Source of the DNA: Lysobacteraceae bacterium
GTDB lineage: Bacteria > Pseudomonadota > Gammaproteobacteria > Xanthomonadales > Xanthomonadaceae
NCBI GenBank assembly: GCA_035686325.1
Contig: DASRZN010000196.1
Span: forward strand, 2,006-66,005
Length of the DNA: 64,000 nucleotides
Reading direction: 5' to 3'
The notes under the pieces were generated by a model. That model had not been told where the DNA came from. It worked only from the letters and a program-made list of their open reading frames with translations, and did no database searches. This document shows positions 46,736-54,085 of the stretch, piece after piece (positions within the stretch are counted from its first letter, which is position 1; each line of letters begins with the position of its first letter). The translations under genes were made by a program, and so were the position numbers.

Positions 46736-47727
46736 CATTCGGTCGCGGCGCCCGCAGTGGCCGCGGCGGCAGGGGGAGCAGCTTGGAGCCGGTCCAGCAT
46801 CGCACGGGTTTCCGCGTTGTCGGGGTTGCGCGCCAGCGCCTGCCGGAACAGGGCGATCGCGTCGGCATCGCGCCCCTGCCGGTGGCGTGCGTGGGCGAGG
46901 CCCTCGATCGCCGCGCCGTCGCCCGGCCGCGCCCGCAGCACCGCCTCGAAGCCGGCCGCGGCCTGGTCGGGTTCGCCGTCGCGCAGGGCGCAGTAGGCCA
47001 GGCCGGTGCGCGACTCGAGGTCGCCGGCATCCAGCGCCAGCGCGCGGCTGAAGCGTTCACGCGCCTGCGCGATCTCCCCTTTGCGGTAGTGCGCCCATCC
47101 GGCAAGCTGCAGCGCCCCCGGGCCGGGTGCGCGGATCGTCGCCAGCTCGGACAGCGCCGCGTCGTAGCGGCCGTCCATGAAGGCGAAGTTGGCGCGGTCC
47201 AGCGCCTGGGTGTCGGCCGGACGGGTGCCGGCCACGCTGCCGCGGTAGTCGGCGGTGGCGCCGAACTGGGCCAGGTATTTCTGCACGTTCTTGGCCCGGT
47301 GCAGGCCGAGGTAGCAGTGGATGTAGGCGGTGCCTTCGGCGGCCAGCGCGGCCTGCGCGGCGGCCCGGGAGTTCTTGATGTAGTCCGCGCCGAAGGACCG
47401 GCCGAGGATGCTCGCCATGGGGAAGTTGCGCACCTGCATCCCGTGGCGCGCGGCGCGTTCGCGTTCCTGCGCGAGCAGCACCTTCTCGTAGGGGATTGCG
47501 GGATCGAGCAGGCTGATGATGGTGGTCACGCCGCGCTTTTCGAGCGCGACGAAGTCGGCCTCGACGGGGTAGGGGCCGAACAGGACGCGGTCGGACATCT
47601 GGCTGCGTTCGGCGCGCCAGGGCTGCACGAACAGGCTCGCCGGGTGCAGCAGCACCCAGACGCCGAACGCGCCGCCGGCGAGGCCGAGCAGCAGGATCGC
47701 GACCAGCCAGGACTTGCGGATACGCAT
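46735..47727 (-). CDS. Membrane-anchored dual-specificity/tyrosine phosphatase-like domain (CX5R) fused to TPR repeats
   Basis: Last 330 aa of track ORF 46735..48699. N-terminal TM (WLVAILLLGLAGGAFGVWVLL). P-loop IHCYLGLHRA fits HCxxGxxR. The C-terminal 150 aa are TPR-like. Confidence 0.75.
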   Translation of the reverse strand: MRIRKSWLVAILLLGLAGGAFGVWVLLHPASLFVQPWRAERSQMSDRVLFGPYPVEADFVALEKRGVTTIISLLDPAIPYEKVLLAQERERAARHGMQVRNFPMASILGRSFGADYIKNSRAAAQAALAAEGTAYIHCYLGLHRAKNVQKYLAQFGATADYRGSVAGTRPADTQALDRANFAFMDGRYDAALSELATIRAPGPGALQLAGWAHYRKGEIAQARERFSRALALDAGDLESRTGLAYCALRDGEPDQAAAGFEAVLRARPGDGAAIEGLAHARHRQGRDADAIALFRQALARNPDNAETRAMLDRLQAAPPAAAATAGAATE

Positions 47728-47857
47728 CGCCTTTCCCCCGAAGGCATGGCGTGCATGGACGCCGGCAGCAGGTGTTATCCGGTCCCTCGCGGGACCTGTC
47801 AACGGCCGGACGTCGCCTGCGGGCGGAAGTCCGGCCAAAGCGAACCGAGGTGAGCCC

Positions 47858-48922
47858 GTGGATTTCCTGAGTGGTGCGGACGCGAAGCTGGTCTTCGCCT
47901 TCTGGCTGGGCGTGGTGGTGGTGTGCGTGGCGGTGATCATGCTGCTGGTGATCGTCGGCATGCGCCAGGCGATGCTGCGCAAGCAGCGCATCCACGACGA
48001 GGCGGCGCGGGTGTGGGGCGCGATCCTGTCGGACGTGGTGCACGGCAGCGCGGCCGACGTGCCCAGGCTCGCGCGCGCCGACGTGTCCGGCTTCATCGAG
48101 GCCTGGAACCAGCTGCACGCGGCGCTGCCGCCGGGCGGCTCGCCGCCGCTGCGGAAGGCGGCCGGGCAGGCCGGCGCCGGCGACCAGCTGCGCGCGATGC
48201 TGGATCGCGGCGGATTCCACGACCGGGTGGTCGCGATCATCGCGCTCGGCCACCTGCGCGAGCGCGACGACTTCGACCGCCTCGCCCGCTTCCTGCACGC
48301 GCCCAGCGCGATCGTGTCGCTGTCGGCGGCGCGCGCGCTGATGCAGGTCGACAACGAGCGCGCGGTCGCGCTGTTCGTGCCGCAGATCGTCGCCCGCCTC
48401 GACTGGTCGCAGAGCGGCGTCGCCGAGATCCTGCGCGAGGCCGACACCGCGATCGTGTCCAGGGAGCTGGGCGAAGTCGCCCTGCAGGCGAATGCCGAGG
48501 CCGCGCCGCGGCTGGTGCGCTTCCTCGCCGACATCAGCCCGACCGACGCCGCGCCGGTGATCCGCCGGATCCTGCAGTCCTCGCAGGACGAGCACCTGAT
48601 CTCGACCTGCCTGCAGGTGCTCGAGGACCCGCGCGACCTGCACCTGGTGCGCGGCCTGCTCGGCCGCGAGCGCTGGCACGTGCGCATGCACGCCGCCACC
48701 GCGCTCGGCCGGCTGGGCGAGAAGGACGACGAGTGGCTGCTGCTGCCGATGCTGTCCGACGCGCAGTGGTGGGTGCGCTACCGCGCGGCGCAGGCGCTGG
48801 TCCGCCTGTTCCGCCTGCACAGCCAGGATCCCGACTCGCTGCGCGGCGGCTTGGTCGATCCCTACGCGCGCGACATCCTCGACCAGGTGCTGGCCGAGCA
48901 ACGCCTTGGAGTCCAGCGATGA
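47858..48922 (+). CDS. Membrane-anchored HEAT-repeat protein (first gene of the candidate EPS operon)
   Basis: GTG at 47858, 6 nt after gaggtg. TM helix (LVFAFWLGVVVVCVAVIMLLVIV). It is followed by repeats of the (A)A.ALG.L/R..A..AL HEAT/PBS-lyase type (VVAIIALGHL, LSAARALMQV, ATALGRLG, WVRYRAAQAL). Confidence 0.7.
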   Translation: MDFLSGADAKLVFAFWLGVVVVCVAVIMLLVIVGMRQAMLRKQRIHDEAARVWGAILSDVVHGSAADVPRLARADVSGFIEAWNQLHAALPPGGSPPLRKAAGQAGAGDQLRAMLDRGGFHDRVVAIIALGHLRERDDFDRLARFLHAPSAIVSLSAARALMQVDNERAVALFVPQIVARLDWSQSGVAEILREADTAIVSRELGEVALQANAEAAPRLVRFLADISPTDAAPVIRRILQSSQDEHLISTCLQVLEDPRDLHLVRGLLGRERWHVRMHAATALGRLGEKDDEWLLLPMLSDAQWWVRYRAAQALVRLFRLHSQDPDSLRGGLVDPYARDILDQVLAEQRLGVQR

Positions 48923-50430
48923 ACCTGACCCTGCCGCCGGCGCTGGTCGCCGCCATGGACTGGATGCAGTGGGTGTTCTTCGCCTACTTCATCGGCCTCA
49001 ACATCGCCTACCTCTGCCTCAACTACGTCTCGGTGTTCGGCGTGATCCGCTACATGCGCGAGCACGGCGGACGCATGCTGCTGAAGAACTTCGCGCGCTA
49101 CCAGCCGCCGGTGACGATCATCGTCCCGGCCTACAACGAGGAACGCACGATCGTCTCCTCGATCCGCTCGCTGCTTCAGCTGGGCTACCCGGAGTACGAG
49201 GTGCTGGTCGTCAACGACGGCTCGACCGACCGCACCCTGGAGGCGGTGGTCGAGGCGTTCTCGCTGGTCGAGTTCCCGGAGGCCTACCGCCGCCGCCTGC
49301 CGACCGCGCCGGTGCGCCGGGTGTTCGCCTCGCCGACCCACGCCCGCGTGCGCCTGGTCGACAAGGAGAACGGCGGCAAGGCCGACGCCCTCAACGCCGG
49401 CATCAACTGCGCGCGCTACCCGCTGTTCTGCGTGGTCGACGCCGACTGCATCCTGCAGCACGACAGCCTGACCCGCGTGGTCCAGCCGTTCCTCGAGGAC
49501 TCGACCACGGTGGCCGCCGGCGGCGTGATCCGCGTGGTCAACGGCTGCCGCGTGGAGAACGGCCACCTGGCCAAGATCGATCTGCCGCGCAGCCTGCTGG
49601 CGATGTTCCAGACGGTCGAATACCTGCGCGCGTTCCTGTTCGGGCGCCTGGGCTGGTCGCCGATGAACGCGCTGCTGATCATCTCCGGCGCGTTCGGCGT
49701 GTTCTACAAGGAACGCGTGATCGCCGCCGGCGGTTACCGCACCGACACCGTCGGCGAGGACATGGACCTGGTGGTGCGCCTGCACCGCACCCTGCGCGAG
49801 GAGCGCCGCGCCTACCGGATCACCTTCGTCCCCGATCCGATCTGCTGGACCGAGGCGCCGGAGGACCTGCACTCGCTGCGCAGCCAGCGCGCGCGCTGGC
49901 AGCAGGGCCTGGTCGAGAGCCTGCTGCCGAACTGGCGGCTGATGTTCCGCCGCAACGGCGGCGCGGTCGGCTGGCTGGCCTTCCCCTTCATGTTCATCTT
50001 CGAATGCATCGGCCCGCTGATCGAAGTGGCCGGCTACGTCGCCGTGATTGTGCTGTTCATCGCCGGGCTGCTGTCGCCGGAGGCGTTCGGGGTGTTCCTG
50101 TTCGCCTCGGTCGGCCTGGGCGTGCTGCTGTCGGTCAACGCACTGTTGCTGGAGGAACTGTCGTTCCACCTGTACTCGCGCCCGTCGCAACAGTTGCGGC
50201 TGTTCATCGTCGCGATCCTGGAGAACTTCGGCTATCGCCAGCTGACCTCGGTCTGGCGCCTCCTCGGCATCTTCCGCTGGGTGTTCGGCGTGGGCGGCCG
50301 CAGCCGCCGCTGGGGCCGCATGCAACGGCACGCGAGCTGGCAACAGGACATGGACACGGTGCACGCCCCGGCGCTGGCCGACAAGCCGGTGCCCGCGGCG
50401 GCGCGACCGACCGAGACGAGTGGCGCGTGA
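48919..50430 (+). CDS. Processive family-2 glycosyltransferase (PgaC/NfrB/BcsA-like polysaccharide synthase core)
   Basis: 503 aa. N-terminal TMs, then IIVPAYNEE, VVNDGSTD, VVDADC, GEDMD and SQRARWQQG (QxxRW), followed by 3-4 C-terminal TMs. The ATG overlaps the upstream stop (ATGA). Confidence 0.88.
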   Translation: MNLTLPPALVAAMDWMQWVFFAYFIGLNIAYLCLNYVSVFGVIRYMREHGGRMLLKNFARYQPPVTIIVPAYNEERTIVSSIRSLLQLGYPEYEVLVVNDGSTDRTLEAVVEAFSLVEFPEAYRRRLPTAPVRRVFASPTHARVRLVDKENGGKADALNAGINCARYPLFCVVDADCILQHDSLTRVVQPFLEDSTTVAAGGVIRVVNGCRVENGHLAKIDLPRSLLAMFQTVEYLRAFLFGRLGWSPMNALLIISGAFGVFYKERVIAAGGYRTDTVGEDMDLVVRLHRTLREERRAYRITFVPDPICWTEAPEDLHSLRSQRARWQQGLVESLLPNWRLMFRRNGGAVGWLAFPFMFIFECIGPLIEVAGYVAVIVLFIAGLLSPEAFGVFLFASVGLGVLLSVNALLLEELSFHLYSRPSQQLRLFIVAILENFGYRQLTSVWRLLGIFRWVFGVGGRSRRWGRMQRHASWQQDMDTVHAPALADKPVPAAARPTETSGA

Positions 50431-50450
50431 CCTTGCACAGGAACCCTTAC

Positions 50451-51719
50451 ATGACCCGTTTGCCGCGCCCGCTGGCGCTCGCCGCCGCCATCGCCCTGTC
50501 CCCGGCGTTGCCCGCCTTCGCCCAGGAGGCGCCGCCGCAACCCGGCTTCGCCGAGCAGCTCGCCGAGGCGCGTGCGCTGGCGACGTCCGACCGCGAAGCC
50601 GAGGCGCTCGCCCGCTACGACGCGATGCTGCAGACCTCGCCCGGCAACAGCGACGTGCTGCTGGCGCGCGGCCGCACCTATGCGTGGATGGCGCGCTGGC
50701 CGGAGTCCGAGGCCGACCTGCTCGCGGTGACCGCGGCCAAGCCCGACTACGCGGACGCGTGGTCGGCGCTGGGCGACATGTACCTGTGGAGCGATCGGCC
50801 CGCGCAGGCGGTCGACGCCTACGCGCGGCGCGCCGCCCTGCAGCCGGATTCGCCGGACGCGCAGGTCGCGCTCGGCCGCGCGCAGCGCTCCGCCGGCGAC
50901 CTCGCCGGCGCGCGCGCGTCCTTCGAGGCGGCCGGCGCGCGCGGGCTGCCGGCGCAGGAAGTCGCCGACCTCGTCGCCACCCTGCAGCCGCGCACCGCCA
51001 ACCCGGACGTCACCGCCGGCGGCTACACGTGGTCGCTGCGCATCGGCGCCGAGCACACCACTTTCGACCCCGACCGCGACGCCTGGAACGAATCCAACGT
51101 CACCCTGCGCCGCCACTTCGCGCACGGCTCGCTGGGCCTGGAACTGCTGCACGCCGACCGCTTCGATCGCCGCGACACCGCGTGGGCGCTGGACGCCTAC
51201 GCGCCGCTGTGGTCGCGCGCCTACGCCAACCTGCGGTACCAGCACGGCGATCCGGACGGCCTGTTCGCGCGGCGCGCGTGGCGCGTCGAGGTGTTCCAGG
51301 GGGTGGGCAGCGGCTGGGAGCTGTCTGGCAGCTACGACCGCCTCGAATTCGGCGGCCCCGGCGTCGACATGTACGGCGTCGGCGTCGGCCGCTACCTCGG
51401 CAACTGGTATTACCGCTACCGCGCGCTGCACGTGCCGGGCGTGGGCGGCGGCAGCCTCAGCCACCGCGGCCTCGCGCGCTGGTACTACGCCGGCAACGCC
51501 GATGACTATCTGGAGATGAGTGCCGGCACCGGCCGCAGCGTCGACGAGGTCGGCGGCGCCACCGGCGAGACCATCCGTCGCAGCAGCGCCTCGCTGGGCG
51601 TGGCCTGGGTGCGCTTCCCGGATCCGCGCTGGGGCTTCAAGCTCGGTGCGAACATCGCCAACAACGTGGACGGCTTCGACGAGCGCGCGGTATCGGGCGC
51701 GCTCTACCTGCGCTGGTGA
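50451..51719 (+). CDS. Outer-membrane protein: N-terminal TPR region plus C-terminal beta-barrel (YaiO-family-like)
   Basis: 422 aa with signal peptide ...LPAFAQE and about 170 aa of TPR-like repeats. An alternating-hydrophobicity C-terminal half ends in the aromatic residue ...GALYLRW. The YaiO assignment is from memory of family and context. Confidence 0.65.
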   Translation: MTRLPRPLALAAAIALSPALPAFAQEAPPQPGFAEQLAEARALATSDREAEALARYDAMLQTSPGNSDVLLARGRTYAWMARWPESEADLLAVTAAKPDYADAWSALGDMYLWSDRPAQAVDAYARRAALQPDSPDAQVALGRAQRSAGDLAGARASFEAAGARGLPAQEVADLVATLQPRTANPDVTAGGYTWSLRIGAEHTTFDPDRDAWNESNVTLRRHFAHGSLGLELLHADRFDRRDTAWALDAYAPLWSRAYANLRYQHGDPDGLFARRAWRVEVFQGVGSGWELSGSYDRLEFGGPGVDMYGVGVGRYLGNWYYRYRALHVPGVGGGSLSHRGLARWYYAGNADDYLEMSAGTGRSVDEVGGATGETIRRSSASLGVAWVRFPDPRWGFKLGANIANNVDGFDERAVSGALYLRW

Positions 51720-54085
51720 CCGCGATGCGGCGGGACGACCGCGGCGCGTTCGCGCGTTTTCTCCCGCTGCTGCCGGCATTGCTGCTGGCAGAAGCCGCGC
51801 TCGGCCTGTGGTCGCTGTACGCGGGGTTGCCGCCGACGGGCGCCTCCGATGCCTGGCGCATCGGCGCGGCGTCCTTCGCCGGCGGCGTGTTGCTGCTGCT
51901 GCGCGCGTTGCCGCTGCTGTTCCTGCTCGCCTGGCCACTGCTGCGGCTGCGCGGCCCGCATGCGCGCGTGGTCGCGGTCGGCCTGCTGTTCACGGCCTGG
52001 CTGCTGGCGCGGATCGCGCTGGAGCAGTTCCACCTCGCCGCCCGGGTGCCGCTGGGCGCCGAACTGTTCGGCTATTCGTTCGCCGAATTGCGCACCACCG
52101 TCGGCGCCGGCGCGCGCACCGACGCGCTGGCCCTGGCCGGCTGGATCGTGCCGCCGGCGCTGCTGTGGCTGGCGCTGGGCCCACTGGCGCGCTGGCGACC
52201 GCGCACCCCGCGCGCGCTCGCATTCGCCCTGCCGCTGGCCTGCGCGCTGGCCTGGCTGCCGCCGCTGCAGCCGGCCGCCGCCGACTGGCCGCGCGAGGAC
52301 GCCTATGCCTTGGCGCTCGACAAGCCGGCGTACTTCGTCGCCGAGAACCTGCGCTGGCTGCGGCGCGACGATGCGCCTGCGCCCACGGCGGCCGCCGTCG
52401 CCAGTGCGCACGCGGGAACGGCCGACCCGCGCCATCCCTTCGTGCATGAGGAGCGCACGCCGGACGTGCTCGGCCCGCTGTTCGCCGACGGGGACGCGCC
52501 GCCGCACCTGGTGTTCGTGATCGTCGAGGGCCTCGGCCGGTCGTTCTCGGGACCGGACGCGACGCTCGGCAGCTTCACGCCGTTCCTCGACGACCTGGCG
52601 ACGCGCAGCCTCTATTTCGACAACTTCCTCGCCAACCAGGGGCGCACCTTCGGCGTGCTGCCCTCGCTGTTCGGGTCGCTGCCGTTCGGCGCGGAGGGTT
52701 ATGCCGCGCTCGGCGAACGGATGCCGCCGCACGCGGGGCTTCTGTCGCTGCTCGCCGCGCAGGGTTACAGCACGAGTTTCTACATCGGCACCGATGCCGA
52801 CTTCGACAACGAGCGGCTTTACCTGCAGCGGCAGGGCGTGCAGCGGATCGTCGACATCCACGACTTCGGCACGGGTTACCCGCGTAGCCCGGGCGGCGAC
52901 CTCAGCTGGGGCTACGCCGACGGCGAGCTGATCCGCCGCGTGCTGGCCGACGGCGCCCCGGCGGGCGACGCGCCCACGCTGCGGGTGATCCAGACGATCA
53001 GCATGCACACGCCCTACAGCTTCCCGGGCCAGGCCGCATACCACGCGCGCTTCGCGCAGCGGCTGGACGCGCTGGGCATCGCCGGCGACGCGCGCGCCGC
53101 CTACACGGCCTTCGCGCCGATCTACCAGTCAGTGCTGTACACCGACGACGCGCTGCGCGCCTTCTTCGAGGCCGAGGCGCGCACGCCGGCCTATGCCAAC
53201 ACGATCTACGTGGTGACCGGCGACCACCGCCTGCCTGAGCTGCCGATGGCCGATCGCATCGAGCGTTACCACGTGCCGCTGCTGATCCATTCGCCGCTGC
53301 TGAAGCAGCCGCGACGGATCCGCGCGGTGTCCTCGCACCTGGACGTGGCGCCCTCGCTGCTCGCGTTCCTCGCGCACCGCCACGGCTTGAAGCGGCCGGC
53401 GCGCGCGACGTGGCTCGGCAAGGGCCTGGACCTGTCGCCAGCGTTCCGCAACGTCCACGATATCCCGCTCAAGCAGAGCAAGACCCTGCTCACCGACTTC
53501 GTGTCCGGCGCGTGGTACCTCAACCGCGGTCAGCTCTACGCGTTGTCGGACGGCATGGCGATCGAGCCCGCGAACGACCCGACCACCGCGGCGCAGGTGG
53601 AAGCGCGCTTCGCCGCGTTCCGCGCCGCCAACGACCGCTTCGGCCGCGAAGGCGAGCTGTCGCCGGAAGGCGCCGCGCCGGCGCTGGTCGCCTACGTCGA
53701 ACCGCCGCCCGCGTCCGCCCAAGCGGACACCGTCGCCGGCCCACCCTTCGCCGTGCGCACGGTCGACCTGCCGCCGTCGACGCCGGCCGCGCGCATCCAG
53801 GTGTCCGCCCTGTTCGCCAACGACGCGGCGACGCCGAGCCCGACCTTCGTGCCGCTGGTGGTGGTGAGCGGCGAGGACGGCGTCGAAGTGGGCGAGTACT
53901 ACGGTGCCGCGCTGCAGCTGCCGGCGCATGCGCGGCGCGAGGTGCCGGTCGCGGTCGACCTCGGCAAGCTCGCGCCGGGCCGCTACTTCGTCGCGGTGAT
54001 TCCGTCGCATCCGGACACCGGCCACAGCCTCGGCGCCGGGCGCTACCGGATCCCGCTGCAGGTGCGCGCCGGGACCGCGCCATGA
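51716..54085 (+). CDS. LTA-synthase/OpgB/BcsG-type membrane phosphotransferase (alkaline-phosphatase/sulfatase superfamily) with extra C-terminal domain
   Basis: 789 aa. About 5 N-terminal TMs. The sulfatase-type core has VFVIVEGLGRS (metal ligand), GRTFGVLPSLF (putative Thr nucleophile) and VVTGDHR. The last 150 aa are a beta-rich extension. GTG overlaps the upstream TGA, and an alternative ATG lies at 51725. Confidence 0.8.
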   Translation: MTAMRRDDRGAFARFLPLLPALLLAEAALGLWSLYAGLPPTGASDAWRIGAASFAGGVLLLLRALPLLFLLAWPLLRLRGPHARVVAVGLLFTAWLLARIALEQFHLAARVPLGAELFGYSFAELRTTVGAGARTDALALAGWIVPPALLWLALGPLARWRPRTPRALAFALPLACALAWLPPLQPAAADWPREDAYALALDKPAYFVAENLRWLRRDDAPAPTAAAVASAHAGTADPRHPFVHEERTPDVLGPLFADGDAPPHLVFVIVEGLGRSFSGPDATLGSFTPFLDDLATRSLYFDNFLANQGRTFGVLPSLFGSLPFGAEGYAALGERMPPHAGLLSLLAAQGYSTSFYIGTDADFDNERLYLQRQGVQRIVDIHDFGTGYPRSPGGDLSWGYADGELIRRVLADGAPAGDAPTLRVIQTISMHTPYSFPGQAAYHARFAQRLDALGIAGDARAAYTAFAPIYQSVLYTDDALRAFFEAEARTPAYANTIYVVTGDHRLPELPMADRIERYHVPLLIHSPLLKQPRRIRAVSSHLDVAPSLLAFLAHRHGLKRPARATWLGKGLDLSPAFRNVHDIPLKQSKTLLTDFVSGAWYLNRGQLYALSDGMAIEPANDPTTAAQVEARFAAFRAANDRFGREGELSPEGAAPALVAYVEPPPASAQADTVAGPPFAVRTVDLPPSTPAARIQVSALFANDAATPSPTFVPLVVVSGEDGVEVGEYYGAALQLPAHARREVPVAVDLGKLAPGRYFVAVIPSHPDTGHSLGAGRYRIPLQVRAGTAP

